Below are positions 47,534 through 58,148 of a stretch of 64,000 nt of DNA, in pieces; within the stretch, counting starts at the first letter, position 1; each line of letters starts with the position of its first letter. This DNA is from Desulfosoma sp. (GTDB lineage: Bacteria > Desulfobacterota > Syntrophobacteria > Syntrophobacterales > DSM-9756). The stretch covers positions 160,001 to 224,000 of the forward strand of contig JBBFKW010000003.1 of NCBI GenBank assembly GCA_037481835.1. Reading direction: 5' to 3'. Below the pieces are notes generated by a model that saw only the letters and a list, made by a program, of their open reading frames with translations, was not told the DNA's origin and did no database searches. Both the position numbers and the translations under genes were made by a program.

Positions 47534-48382
47534 ATGGGCGGCGGGATGAAGCGGCCTGGGAACATCTGGATCCTCTTTGGGGTTTCGGTCCTCCTTTCGG
47601 GATGCGCCACCACGCAGCAAACCGATGTGCTCCAAAGCAATGTGGTCGGGCTCCAGCAGCAGGTCCAAGAGTTGGACGGTCGCATCCAGAAATTGGAGCA
47701 GGCGGTTTTCGGAGCCAAGGGCTCCACGGGAACCGCGGCGGGAGGCCTGGCGGCCCTGAACGCTCGGATGGACCAGATCCAAATGACGATGGCGCAGCTC
47801 AAAGGGCAGGTGGAAGAACTCCGCCATCTCCAGAGCCAACCGCCGCCCTCGGCAGCCGAACCGAAACCGGCTTCGGATCAACCCATCATCACCATCCCGG
47901 GGGCTCCCCCGCCTCAAGGGCCTGCGGCGGCCGCACCGACCCCGCCGACACAGTCGGCCCAATCCCCTGCAGCTTCACAGACGCCGCCGCCGGCCGCACC
48001 GGCTCCAAACCCCGAAAAGGACCTCTATAACACGGCCATGGGCCTCTACCAGAAAGGAGACCATGCCGGAGCGCTGCAGAAATTCAAAGAATTCCTCTCG
48101 CGCTATCCGACTTCGGAACTCACCGACAACGCCATCTTCTGGTCCGGGGAATGCCACTTCATGATGGGCAGCTACCAGGAAGCCATCAACAGCTACCAGG
48201 AGGTTCTGGACCGGTTCCCCAAAGGCAACAAAGCTCCCCACGCCCTGCTCAAACAAGGGGCCGCTTTCGAAAAACTGGGAGACCGCACGGCCGCCCGCAT
48301 CCTCTACGAACGCGTCATCCAGCAGTACCCCAAAAGCCCTCAGGCGCAAGTGGCCAAGCAATGGCTTGAAAGGCTGAAATAG
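47534..48382 (+). CDS. cpoB: Tol-Pal system protein CpoB/YbgF
   Basis: Lipobox LSGC, coiled coil and TPR C-domain (NAIFWSGE...FPKGNKAPHALLK); follows pal. Confidence 0.9.
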   Translation: MGGGMKRPGNIWILFGVSVLLSGCATTQQTDVLQSNVVGLQQQVQELDGRIQKLEQAVFGAKGSTGTAAGGLAALNARMDQIQMTMAQLKGQVEELRHLQSQPPPSAAEPKPASDQPIITIPGAPPPQGPAAAAPTPPTQSAQSPAASQTPPPAAPAPNPEKDLYNTAMGLYQKGDHAGALQKFKEFLSRYPTSELTDNAIFWSGECHFMMGSYQEAINSYQEVLDRFPKGNKAPHALLKQGAAFEKLGDRTAARILYERVIQQYPKSPQAQVAKQWLERLK

Positions 48383-48394
48383 CAGGGTCATGCC

Positions 48395-50227
48395 TTGAAC
48401 GATCGCCTTTGCCGTTTTCTTGCCGGCGTGGCCTTATCCCTTGCTTTCCTCGGCGTGCCGTCGACGCCCTTGGCGCAGACGGCCGCTCCCCCCGCGGTGC
48501 GATTCATCCGCTTTGTCGGCCTGAAGTCATTCGATGCCGGCCGTTTGGAAAAAATCATGGAAACCCAAGCGAAACGGTTTCGCTGGGGACGAAGCGCCCC
48601 GTTGGACGAAGCGGTCTTGCGCCAGGATCTGGAAAGGATCGAAAAGTTTTATAAAAGCCAGGGATTCTATGACGCCCGCGTTCTTTCCCACCGGTTGATC
48701 CCGCTGGGCGGTCGTGAAGTGATTGTGGAAATTACGCTGGACGAAGGCCGCCCCGTCCTCGTGGACCGAGTGGATCTCATGGTGGATGGGGCTGAGACCG
48801 GCCCGTGGCACGACGACCTTCTGGCCGTGATTCCCCTCAAGGAGGGGAGGCGGTTTACCACGCCGGATTTTGACGACACGGAAAAGGCGGTCCGGCGATT
48901 CTTGAGCCTGTGGGGCTATCCCCGGGCGGACGTGTGGACCGGCGGGATCATGGACAAGGACGCGAAAAAGGCGCACATTCAGGTCCAGGTCACCCTGGGA
49001 CCCATGTGCACCTTCGGGCCGGTTCGCGTGGAAGGCAATCGCCGGGTGGATAAAAGCCTCATCCTGAGGGAACTCACCTTCCGCCCGGGGGATCGTTACC
49101 GGGCCAAGGCTCTGACCGATTCCCAAAAGCGCCTCATGGACCTCAAGCTCTTCACCTTCGTGGACATCCAGCCCCTGTTGGAAGAATCTTCCGAGACGGC
49201 CGTGCCCGTCTCCGTGGTCGTCAAGGAGGCCAAGAGCCAGACCGTGCGGCTGGGGGCGGGCTACGGCACGGAAGACCAGGTGCGCGGCCGGATCGGTTAT
49301 GAATACCGAAACTTTCTAGGGGAAGGGCGCACCTTGGAGCTGGATGCCAAGGCGAGCTCTCTGGTTCGCTTTTTTGAAGGTCGGCTCGCCCAGCCCCATT
49401 TTCTCCTGGACCCGTTGCGGCTTACCGTTTCCGGCGGTGTCTCCCGGGAGATGCAGGAGAGTTACGAAAACGAACAGTACTATCTGCGGCCTATGGTGGC
49501 GTGGCAATTCACGGAGCACTGGCTGTTGAACGCCGGGCCCAACGTGGAAGCCAACCGCCTTGTGGACGTGGGTCTGTCTCCCAAGGCCATCCGGCCGAGC
49601 GACCAAAAAGGGGAGGAATATTACATTTCGTCCCTGGTCTTCGGAGCGACCTATCAGCGGGTGGATAACCTCTTGGACCCTCGCAAGGGGGTGCAATTCT
49701 TCCACCGGCTGGAATGGGGCGGAACGGCCACGGGATCCGAAGTCGCCTTCGTCAAGCTCGGCCTGGAAGGGCGTTCTTACCTCCCCGTGGATCCCTTGGG
49801 CGTCTTGGCTTTTCGGGCCAAGTGGGGGAGCATCGCCGAACTGGAAGACACCACCCGGATCCCCATTTTCAAAAGATACTTCAGTGGCGGCAGCACCAGC
49901 GTTCGGGGATACCCCTACCAGAAGCTGGGGCCTTTGGATGACGAAGGAAACCCCATGGGGGGGCTGACCCTTCTGGAACTGAGCAGCGAATGGCGTTTTC
50001 CCCTGAAGAGCTCCTGGGAAGGGGTGCTCTTTTTCGACACCGGCAACGTCTTCGAAAGCCGCTACGAATTGCTCTGGGACCAACTGCGCTCCACCGTCGG
50101 CGCAGGGCTCCGCTACAAGACCCCCGTGGGGCCCCTGCGCCTGGATGTGGGCTATCAGCTCAACCCACCCGATCAGGACTTCTTCAATCGCTACCAGATC
50201 CACCTCAGTATCGGCCAAGCTTTCTGA
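48395..50227 (+). CDS. Omp85/TamA-like outer membrane assembly protein
   Basis: About three POTRA domains plus a barrel with FSGGSTSVRGY, GAGLRYKTPVGPLRLD and terminal SIGQAF; 610 aa. Confidence 0.88.
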   Translation: MNDRLCRFLAGVALSLAFLGVPSTPLAQTAAPPAVRFIRFVGLKSFDAGRLEKIMETQAKRFRWGRSAPLDEAVLRQDLERIEKFYKSQGFYDARVLSHRLIPLGGREVIVEITLDEGRPVLVDRVDLMVDGAETGPWHDDLLAVIPLKEGRRFTTPDFDDTEKAVRRFLSLWGYPRADVWTGGIMDKDAKKAHIQVQVTLGPMCTFGPVRVEGNRRVDKSLILRELTFRPGDRYRAKALTDSQKRLMDLKLFTFVDIQPLLEESSETAVPVSVVVKEAKSQTVRLGAGYGTEDQVRGRIGYEYRNFLGEGRTLELDAKASSLVRFFEGRLAQPHFLLDPLRLTVSGGVSREMQESYENEQYYLRPMVAWQFTEHWLLNAGPNVEANRLVDVGLSPKAIRPSDQKGEEYYISSLVFGATYQRVDNLLDPRKGVQFFHRLEWGGTATGSEVAFVKLGLEGRSYLPVDPLGVLAFRAKWGSIAELEDTTRIPIFKRYFSGGSTSVRGYPYQKLGPLDDEGNPMGGLTLLELSSEWRFPLKSSWEGVLFFDTGNVFESRYELLWDQLRSTVGAGLRYKTPVGPLRLDVGYQLNPPDQDFFNRYQIHLSIGQAF

Positions 50228-50259
50228 AATCTTGAGGCACGTCCTTCCATCCAAGGGAT

Positions 50260-51282
50260 TCAAGGGATGAGGACGCCGGTGCCCTCGATGCGGTCGTTTT
50301 TGAGGTCCAAAAGGGCCTCGTTGGCGGCTTCCAGGGGATAGAGGCGCACGGTGGGGCGCACAGGCACGGCGGCAGCCGTCTCCAGAAGTTCCAGCGCGTC
50401 TTGACGGGTGTTGGCCGTCACGCTGTGCACGTTCTTTTCGTAGAACAGGTGTTTTTCGTAGTCCATGGCCGGAATGGCGCTCATGTAGATTCCGGCGAGG
50501 GCCAGGGTGCCGCCCTTTTCCAAGTGTTCCAAAGCGGCGGGGACAAGAGGCCCGGCGGGAGCGAACACGATGGCGTGATGGACTTTCACGGGAAGATCGG
50601 CTGGGGAGGAACCGGCCCATACGGCGCCCAGTTCCAGGGCGAGCTTTTGATGGCGGGCGGTGCGCGAGACGGCATAGACGTCATAGCCCCAAAAGCGGGC
50701 GATCTGGATGACGATATGGGCGGAAGAGCCGAAACCGTAAAGGGCAAGAGTGCGCCGATGCGCTGTCGCTTCAGCCGATAAGGGGCCGCACAGGGCTCTC
50801 TTGAGGCTGCGATAGCCGATGATTCCGGCGCACAGAAGTGGGGTGGCTTCGGCGTCGGAAAGGGTCTCCGGGATGGGATAGGCGAAGTCCTCACGGACGA
50901 CGGCGTGGGTGGCGTAGCCTCCGGGAGCGTGGTAGCCGGTAAAGAGCGCCTTTTCGCAGAGATTTTCACGCCCTTCCCGACAATGCTCACACGTGCCGCA
51001 CGTGTGCCGAAGCCAGGCGATCCCGACGCGGTCTCCTTCCCGGAACCGGGTCGTTCCTGGCCCTTTCTTGTCCACGCGTCCCACGATCTGGTGGCCGGGA
51101 ATGACGGCCCGGCCCAAGGGGGGCAGTTCTCCTTCCACCACATGGAGGTCGGTGCGGCACACACCGCAGGCCCCGACCCGCACGCGGATTTCCCCGGAAG
51201 CGGGCTCGGGATCGGGAAGTTCTTCGAACCGGAGCGGTCTTTGTTCCACTGGCGCGCATCGGTCGAGCACCATGGCTTTCAT
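50260..51282 (-). CDS. Zinc-dependent alcohol dehydrogenase family protein
   Basis: CGVCRTDLHV, PGHQ, CGTCEHC...ENLC, PLLCAG and YGFGSSA. Confidence 0.92.
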   Translation of the reverse strand: MKAMVLDRCAPVEQRPLRFEELPDPEPASGEIRVRVGACGVCRTDLHVVEGELPPLGRAVIPGHQIVGRVDKKGPGTTRFREGDRVGIAWLRHTCGTCEHCREGRENLCEKALFTGYHAPGGYATHAVVREDFAYPIPETLSDAEATPLLCAGIIGYRSLKRALCGPLSAEATAHRRTLALYGFGSSAHIVIQIARFWGYDVYAVSRTARHQKLALELGAVWAGSSPADLPVKVHHAIVFAPAGPLVPAALEHLEKGGTLALAGIYMSAIPAMDYEKHLFYEKNVHSVTANTRQDALELLETAAAVPVRPTVRLYPLEAANEALLDLKNDRIEGTGVLIP

Positions 51283-51406
51283 GGCGAATCCTCCCTGGCA
51301 CAAAGTCACGAAAGGTGAACATGAGTTGATTTGACGGGCCGAGTGGTTGATAATCGCTTCATGGCGAAAAACGAGACGACGCAACCCATCGGGGGATGAT
51401 CGAACC

Positions 51407-54400
51407 GTGGGATCCTTGAAAGGTCAAGAGAAAACGCCACCCGTGCGGAAGAAAAAGAACGATGCAGCGGGTTCGGGAATTTTCCCCGGCATCGTCAAAG
51501 GGGTTGCGGCTCTCGGCGCCGTCGGGATCGCCGTGCCTCTTCTTCTGGTCCTGCTCATCCATACCCCGTGGGCTCAAAAGCGACTTATGCAGGCCGCGGC
51601 GGCGCGCATCGAGGAGGAAACGGGAATCCGCGTGGGAATGAGCGGATTTCGGTGGCATCCTTTCCGAAGCCTCCGCGTGGACGACCCGTCCGCGGAAGCG
51701 GGCGGCCGCCCCCTGTTTTCCGCGGCTTCGCTCCGCCTGGACTACACCCTCACTTGGAGTCGGCCGTACGTGGACATCCGCGAAGTGGTGCTCACCGAGC
51801 CCGTCTTGCGCCTCCAAAAGGGAGCTGACGGGTCGTGGCGTCTTCCCATACCCGCGGAAAACGGCCGGCACAAGGATGCCGACGGCGCTCCGTTATGGGG
51901 GAAGCTCCCTCCTGTGAGTTTCACCGTCGTTTCCGGGCGCATCCAGGGCTTCGAAGGCGAGCGCTGTGTCATGGATGTGGCCGAAATGAACGGCCGTGTG
52001 AGCCTTCGGGGCCGACTGGACGACGGCCGTTCGAGTGTGGAGATTTCTCTCGACCCCTGGCGGATGGAAATTCAGGTGCCGGTTCGGGATACAGTGCGCT
52101 TGAGCGCACAGGCTTTTTACGGGGACGGGACGCTCCGCCTGGAAAATGTTACCGCCACCGTCAACGAAACGTCACATCTCACGGCATCCGGAACGTGGTA
52201 TGACCTTCCGAAAGGGGCTCTGTCGATCCAGCTTCGCGCGGAACCATGGCGTTTTTCCATGAAAGGAGGCGGCGACGAAGGAAGCCCGATCGAGGCGGAA
52301 ACTCTCCAAGGGACGATTCAGGTGGAAGGTACCCTGAAAGAGCTTCGGTGCCGCTACGATCTCCAAAGTTCCAGAGGGCATCTTTCGGGAACCGGCGCGT
52401 GGGCGAAAGCCGAAGACGCGTTACGGTTAAGCGCCGACATTTCGCTGCACTCGGTTCTCCTTCCCTGGGGGGTTAAGGGCCCGACGACGGTTTCGGGAAC
52501 GGCCCGATTGACGGCGGAATGGCAAAAGAACGCCGAACCCAAGCTGAGCCTTTCGGCTGCGATGAAGGAGTGCACCAGCGGATCGCTCGCCCTGCGGGAC
52601 GTCACGGTGGAGGCGACCTACGACGATGGGGTGTGCGCCGTGCGGAAAGCTTCAGCCCGCGTGGGGGATTCGGGAATTGTGGAAACATCGGGGACCGCCG
52701 TCTTGAAAAAGAAGAAGGGGTCCGGGGAGACGGCCGGGCTGACGCTGGATTTGACCGTTGAAGCCGATCGGCTGCCTTTGACGGTTTTCCAGGACTTTTG
52801 GCCCCAGCGGCCCATGGCGGGTGTGCTTTCGGGGAGAGGCACCGTGCAGGGATCCTGGCCTTATTTGACTTGGACAGGCCGTCTCGCAGGGACGGATGTG
52901 GCCCTTTCTCCCTTTCGGGCGAAGAAGATCGCGGTGGACGGCGTTTCCAGCCTCGCAGGACTTCGCGGATCCCGAAAGGTGGCCGTGGAAGTGCTTTCTT
53001 TCGCCTATGGCGATCGCTTCGGCGAAGCCTTGTCCGTCACCTTCCGGCAGGATCCCGCGGGGGATTCGGTTTCCTTCGAAGCGGAAGGACGGCGCTTTTT
53101 CGGGCTTGACCGCATGATCGTGAAAGGGACCGTGACCTCGCTTTTCGATTTTCCCAAGATCCTTCGGGTGGACAAGGCGGACGTTGGGGCGGCGGGAGAA
53201 ACCTTTCAAGTTCAAGGGGAAATCCGCTATCGCCAAGACGCTGTGGAACTGCGCTCCCTTCGCGTAAGCCACGGGAACGAACAGGCCGTCGTTCAAGGAA
53301 CCATCGGCAAACCCGCCCCCATGGATCTTTCCGTGCAACTGAGCGCGGTGGATGTGGGGCGCTGGCTTTCCAAGTTCTCTTCGGGGGGGATCCTCAAACC
53401 CCAACCGATCCCTGAGGCCCTTGGGAAAACGGGACAGGGGCAGGGAGAGCCGCAGACGACGCTCGCCGGTGTGCAGGGGTTTTTTTCCAAAGGCCGCTTC
53501 GGCCGCCTTGACGGGCGTCTGCGACTTCAAGGATCGTGGGACAGTCCCATAGCCGCCTTTGACGGCGCCGCCTCGGAAATGGAGCTTTCGAATCTCGGCC
53601 GTGCCGTCTTGACCTTCTCGGGGCGCTACGAAAAGGGGACGCTCACAGGCCGTGGCGAACTTTCCGGGCCGATGCTGGAAAGCCCGGTCATCCTGGAAGG
53701 GACGTGGCCCGCTCGGCTGCAGTTCCTCCCCTTCACCATGGCCCTTGCCGAAACCGGGGAAGGGCGGCTGCGCACGACGGGTCGCGATGTGCCTCTTGAG
53801 CGTTTTCAGGCCGTGATCCCCTTGGAAAACCTCAAAGGCCGGGCGTCCTGGGATGTGCGCCTCCTGGGTCCCTTGGCGGCCCTTCGGCTGGAGGGCTCCG
53901 GGGCCGTGACCCGGGCCGCCTTCCGATGGCCCCACTGGGGGGAACCCTTTGAAGACATGGACATCCGCTGGCGCGCCGAAGGATCCTCAATCTTGATCGA
54001 AGACGCGACCTTTAGGCTGCTCGGCAGCCGTGCCCGGGCGTGGGGCGAAATCCGCCTGCCCCACGGACGTTTTGACGGCTACACGGTGTACGTGGCGGGG
54101 GAGGGCGTGCACTTTCCGGAAATTTTCGGGATCGAAGGCGAAGGGGCCGCCCGTGGAACGATTTCCCAAGCGGGCTGGGCTTTCGCACCGGACATCGCGG
54201 GAGACGTGATCCTGACCAAGGCCTCCATCAACTTGGGCGAACTGGAAAAGGACGTGGCCCGCCAAATCCGGGTGGTGGAAGAAACCGGCCGGGGATCCGT
54301 GGTCCTCCTGGGGGCTCGGGGCTCTCAGCGCAAAAAACCCGAGGGGTTCCAGAACGTGGCCATGAAGCTCAACATCCAACTGCCTCCCAAAGGCGCCTGG

Positions 54401-55075
54401 GTGCGCGGGTTCGGGTTGGAAGCGGAAGTCCAAGGGGCGGCGACCCTTGAAAAAGCCCGGGGCGGCCCCATCCAGCTCCTCGGCACCCTTTCCACGTCCA
54501 AAGGCGAGTACGCATTCCAGGGCGTGAGGCTCAAAGTCGTGGAGGGGGAAATCACTTTCCGAGGCCATAGTCCGCCGGATCCCTTTCTTTCCCTCACGTG
54601 CCAAAAGGAGGTGCGGGACGTGAGCGTCACCGCCGCCCTGTCGGGACCTTTAAGCCGCCCCGCGCTCGTCTTTTCCAGTTCCCCCGAAATGGATCAGGTG
54701 GATATCGTATCGGTGCTGCTCTACGGCCGCCCGGCGCGAGAGCTGAGCATGAGCCAGTCCCGGGATCTCCAGGATCGAGGGGTCCAGTTCGTGTGGGCGG
54801 GGACGACCCCGGTGGTCAAAAGCCTCTTGGGCAAGACGCCCTTTTCACCCGATGCCGTGGATATCAAGGGCACGGAAAACGGCAGCGTGGTGGAAATCGG
54901 CAAATATCTTACCCCGGAACTCTACGTGACCTATCAGAAGGGCCTGGAAGGGGAGGACAAGGATGAGCTTCGGGCGGAGTACCGCGTGAACCGCTACCTT
55001 TCCGTGGAAAGCCAGGTGGGCCGTGAAGATCGCGCGGGGGTGGACGTGTTTTTCCGCTATGACTTCGGGGATTGA
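51407..55075 (+). CDS. TamB/AsmA-like translocation and assembly module protein
   Basis: N-terminal TM anchor, long beta-rich body and DUF490-like C-terminus (PALVFSSSP...EIGKYL...GVDVFFRYDF). Start uncertain (GTG 51407). Confidence 0.85.
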   Translation: MGSLKGQEKTPPVRKKKNDAAGSGIFPGIVKGVAALGAVGIAVPLLLVLLIHTPWAQKRLMQAAAARIEEETGIRVGMSGFRWHPFRSLRVDDPSAEAGGRPLFSAASLRLDYTLTWSRPYVDIREVVLTEPVLRLQKGADGSWRLPIPAENGRHKDADGAPLWGKLPPVSFTVVSGRIQGFEGERCVMDVAEMNGRVSLRGRLDDGRSSVEISLDPWRMEIQVPVRDTVRLSAQAFYGDGTLRLENVTATVNETSHLTASGTWYDLPKGALSIQLRAEPWRFSMKGGGDEGSPIEAETLQGTIQVEGTLKELRCRYDLQSSRGHLSGTGAWAKAEDALRLSADISLHSVLLPWGVKGPTTVSGTARLTAEWQKNAEPKLSLSAAMKECTSGSLALRDVTVEATYDDGVCAVRKASARVGDSGIVETSGTAVLKKKKGSGETAGLTLDLTVEADRLPLTVFQDFWPQRPMAGVLSGRGTVQGSWPYLTWTGRLAGTDVALSPFRAKKIAVDGVSSLAGLRGSRKVAVEVLSFAYGDRFGEALSVTFRQDPAGDSVSFEAEGRRFFGLDRMIVKGTVTSLFDFPKILRVDKADVGAAGETFQVQGEIRYRQDAVELRSLRVSHGNEQAVVQGTIGKPAPMDLSVQLSAVDVGRWLSKFSSGGILKPQPIPEALGKTGQGQGEPQTTLAGVQGFFSKGRFGRLDGRLRLQGSWDSPIAAFDGAASEMELSNLGRAVLTFSGRYEKGTLTGRGELSGPMLESPVILEGTWPARLQFLPFTMALAETGEGRLRTTGRDVPLERFQAVIPLENLKGRASWDVRLLGPLAALRLEGSGAVTRAAFRWPHWGEPFEDMDIRWRAEGSSILIEDATFRLLGSRARAWGEIRLPHGRFDGYTVYVAGEGVHFPEIFGIEGEGAARGTISQAGWAFAPDIAGDVILTKASINLGELEKDVARQIRVVEETGRGSVVLLGARGSQRKKPEGFQNVAMKLNIQLPPKGAWVRGFGLEAEVQGAATLEKARGGPIQLLGTLSTSKGEYAFQGVRLKVVEGEITFRGHSPPDPFLSLTCQKEVRDVSVTAALSGPLSRPALVFSSSPEMDQVDIVSVLLYGRPARELSMSQSRDLQDRGVQFVWAGTTPVVKSLLGKTPFSPDAVDIKGTENGSVVEIGKYLTPELYVTYQKGLEGEDKDELRAEYRVNRYLSVESQVGREDRAGVDVFFRYDFGD

Positions 55076-55092
55076 AGACAAGGAGTTGGGCC

Positions 55093-55293
55093 ATGAAAAT
55101 GCAGGAAATCCGAGCCAAAGCCAAAGCGCTGGGCATCAACTCTTTCGGCAAGAAAAAAGCCGACCTCATTCGAGAAATTCAAAGGGCCGAAGGCAACTTC
55201 GACTGCTTCGGCACGGCCGTGGGATACTGCGACCAGCTGGAGTGCTGCTTTCGGGATCTGTGCCTCGCCGAGTCGCAAAAGGCGTCTCATTGA
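55093..55293 (+). CDS. Small SAP/Rho-N-like protein with Cys-rich tail
   Basis: MKMQEIRAKAKALGI...KKADLIREIQRAEGNFDCFGTA...CDQLECCFRDLC; SD AAGGAG. Confidence 0.8.
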   Translation: MKMQEIRAKAKALGINSFGKKKADLIREIQRAEGNFDCFGTAVGYCDQLECCFRDLCLAESQKASH

Positions 55294-55361
55294 CCGGCTT
55301 TCTTCGATGAGCTCCAGTGAGCCGAAGAGGCGCGGCAAAGGATGAAAACCCATGAGGCCCG

Positions 55362-55745
55362 ATGGAAAGGATGACGATGGAACTGCAGCCTGACGAGAGG
55401 AAAATCGAACTTCTGAAAGTCCAAAACCAAAAGAAGCCCGAACAAGTCATCTCCGTCGTGAGGGATCCCCACGCCGACGGCTTTCACACGGAAGGGCTCA
55501 AACGCCTCTTCGGCCTCAAGGAGATCTGGATCGACACCCGAAACCTTTCCGAATCCGTCCTGGAATACGCCCAGGTGCTCTCCTTCATCATGGAAACCAT
55601 CTCGGAGGCCCAGGACCTGGGCTTGCCCTTCGGCTACCAGGACGAATTCACCTTCCACGGGCTTCGCTATTCCCTCAAAGACAAGGGCGACTACCGTGTG
55701 CTTCGCCGCGTCCCCGAATTCGGCCAAGCCGCTTATGATGAATGA
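55362..55745 (+). CDS. Hypothetical protein
   Basis: 127-aa ORF with natural globular composition filling the gap; function not recognised. Confidence 0.65.
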   Translation: MERMTMELQPDERKIELLKVQNQKKPEQVISVVRDPHADGFHTEGLKRLFGLKEIWIDTRNLSESVLEYAQVLSFIMETISEAQDLGLPFGYQDEFTFHGLRYSLKDKGDYRVLRRVPEFGQAAYDE

Positions 55746-55750
55746 AGCCT

Positions 55751-57352
55751 TCAGCCTCGGGTCCAGTAGGGGTGCGAGAGGTCCTCGAAGATGGTCATGG
55801 CGGCTCCGGCACCGGCCCCGACGGCCGTGACGATTTGCTTGTAGCCGCCTTCCACGTCGCCGGCACAGTAGATACCCGGCACCGTGGTGCGATGGAAGCC
55901 GTCGTGGCGGATGTAACCTTCGGGAGTCAGTGCAGCGCCTACGGCCTGCGCCAACCGGGTTTCGGGGACATAGCCCACGGCGATGAAGACGGCGTCGGTG
56001 GGGACGTCAAAGGTTTCGCCCGTCCTGGTATTGAAAAGCTCCACGTGGGTGACTTTCTTGTCCCCGTGGATTTCCTTCACCTGGGTGTTCCAGAGCACAG
56101 GAATGCCCGCATCGGTCAGGGCTTTGACCAGGTGCTCCTGGGCGCGCAGATGGTCGCGCCGGTGGACCAGGGTTGTGCGGACACCGATATGGTGCAGATG
56201 GAGCGCTTCCGTAACGGCGCTGTTGCCGCCTCCAATGACCAGGGCGCTCTTTCCCTTGTACAAGGGACCGTCGCACGTGCTGCAAAAGCTCACGCCGCGC
56301 CCCGCAAGGCGGCTTTCCCCCGGAACATCGAGCCTACGGTAGGTCGCTCCCGTGGCCAAAAGGACGGCCCGCGTCTGGAAAGTTCGGCGGTTGGTCTTCA
56401 CTTCCATGGCGGGGGAAAGGGCGATTTCCATGACTTCTTCGTTGGGGAAGATGTGGACGTATTCCATGGCATGGGCGACCATGATGTCGACCAGCGTCTT
56501 TCCCGCAATGCGGGCGAACCCGGGGTAGTTTTCCACGACGGGCGTCGTCGCCACTTGGCCTCCTAGGGTTCCCCGTTCGACGACGGCGGCGCGAAGCCCG
56601 CTTCGGACGGCGTAAATGCCGGCCGTAAGTCCCGCCGGGCCGCCTCCAACGATGACAACGTCCGTTTCAACCCGCTCGGCGTCACTTTCCGGGATGAAAA
56701 TCGCCTGGGGTTCCATTTTTTCCAAGGACGCCATAAAGAGTTCTTCGGGCTGCGCGCCCTGGGCGATGAGGGTGTCGTCCACAAAGGTTTGAGGTACACT
56801 GAAAGCGGAATATTTTTCGGCGAGATCCGGGTTGAACTGGATATCCACAATCTGAACGGAAACCCGATCCGGCCGTTCCACGGCGGCCTTGACGGCGTTG
56901 ACGGCCTGTTGCGGGCAATAGGGGCAAGTGGCGCTCACAAAGACCCGGATGTTTCTCGGCTCGGCAAGCCGCCCGAGGATTTTTCGCGATTGGGCGCTCA
57001 GGGCGCTGTCCCGGGTGCCGAGAAGGAGGAGCGTTTCCACGAAGGTGCGCCCTTCTTCCCCCAAAGGCAGCCCCAGATAACGGATGCGGTACCGTTCGGG
57101 ATCGAAAACCAGCGCCGGCGCTCGGTCGATCCCCCAAGCCGCGGACCGCGGATCCAATAAATCTATCTCTTCGTAAGTGATCTTGTCCGAAAGAGGTCGA
57201 AACAAATCCACAAAGCCCCGAACGGCCTCAGTGATCGCCTCTGGCCCGCTCTTGTCGGTCACAACGGTGACAGGAACGGGGTAGGGGAGCTTCTTGAAAA
57301 GCTGCTTTAAGTGCTTTTCCACATCCTTGGGCAACGCTGCCTGCCGGGCCAT
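55751..57352 (-). CDS. Thioredoxin reductase with N-terminal thioredoxin-fold domains (AhpF-like)
   Basis: CPYC in the N-domain, GGGPAG FAD motif, GVSFCSTCDG, GGGNSA and GIYCAGD. Confidence 0.9.
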   Translation of the reverse strand: MARQAALPKDVEKHLKQLFKKLPYPVPVTVVTDKSGPEAITEAVRGFVDLFRPLSDKITYEEIDLLDPRSAAWGIDRAPALVFDPERYRIRYLGLPLGEEGRTFVETLLLLGTRDSALSAQSRKILGRLAEPRNIRVFVSATCPYCPQQAVNAVKAAVERPDRVSVQIVDIQFNPDLAEKYSAFSVPQTFVDDTLIAQGAQPEELFMASLEKMEPQAIFIPESDAERVETDVVIVGGGPAGLTAGIYAVRSGLRAAVVERGTLGGQVATTPVVENYPGFARIAGKTLVDIMVAHAMEYVHIFPNEEVMEIALSPAMEVKTNRRTFQTRAVLLATGATYRRLDVPGESRLAGRGVSFCSTCDGPLYKGKSALVIGGGNSAVTEALHLHHIGVRTTLVHRRDHLRAQEHLVKALTDAGIPVLWNTQVKEIHGDKKVTHVELFNTRTGETFDVPTDAVFIAVGYVPETRLAQAVGAALTPEGYIRHDGFHRTTVPGIYCAGDVEGGYKQIVTAVGAGAGAAMTIFEDLSHPYWTRG

Positions 57353-57421
57353 AGATCCCTCCACGGTGAAGCACTTCAGGATTTTTCTCTTTATCAAACA
57401 GCCGTCAGAGAACCTTCCCTT

Positions 57422-58057
57422 CTATGGGCCGTTCGATCCCATGGAAATCCACGAAAGAATTTTGCGCCACAGGGCATCTACCCCTTCGCGGGTGACGGCG
57501 GAAAAGACGAGGATCGCCGCAGGGTCGACGCCGAGGATGCGGGCGGCCGCGTGGAGTTGGGCCTGGCGTCTTCCGCGGGGGACCTTGTCGGCCTTGGTCA
57601 GCACGGGCACCGCCGGAATTCCTGCAGTGTGGAGCCAGTTCCAGAGCTGCACGTCGTCTGGAGTGGGGGGGTGACGAAGGTCCATGATGTGGACGAGCCC
57701 CACCAATTGGGAGCGTGATGTCAGGTATTTCTCCACCATGGGGCCCCACTGGTCCCGAACCTTTTGAGGAACCTTGGCGTAGCCGTAACCGGGAAGGTCC
57801 ACGAAAAAGAAGGCGTCGTTAATGCGGAAAAAATTGAGGGTCTGGGTGCGGCCCGGGGTGGCGCTTGTGCGCACGAGCTTCTTACGGCCGAGAATGGCGT
57901 TGATGAGCGAGGATTTTCCCACGTTGGAGCGGCCCGCGAAGGCGACTTCGGGAAGATCCTCCCGGGGATAGCCCTCCGGCGCCACGGCCGAAGTGACGAA
58001 AACCGCCGAACGGACCGTCACGGGCAAAGGGGACTGGGCGTTGGATGGATCCGGCAT
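57422..58057 (-). CDS. engB: GTP-binding protein YihA/EngB
   Basis: GRSNVGKSSLIN, TPGRT, DLPGYGYA and TKADK. Confidence 0.95.
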   Translation of the reverse strand: MPDPSNAQSPLPVTVRSAVFVTSAVAPEGYPREDLPEVAFAGRSNVGKSSLINAILGRKKLVRTSATPGRTQTLNFFRINDAFFFVDLPGYGYAKVPQKVRDQWGPMVEKYLTSRSQLVGLVHIMDLRHPPTPDDVQLWNWLHTAGIPAVPVLTKADKVPRGRRQAQLHAAARILGVDPAAILVFSAVTREGVDALWRKILSWISMGSNGP

Positions 58058-58148
58058 GGGCACTTTTCCGGGATTTTCAGGCTGCACGCACGGCCGGCCG
58101 ATTTGCGGGTGTGCGATGCACAACGCCTCGGTGGCGGCATAAGAGCTT

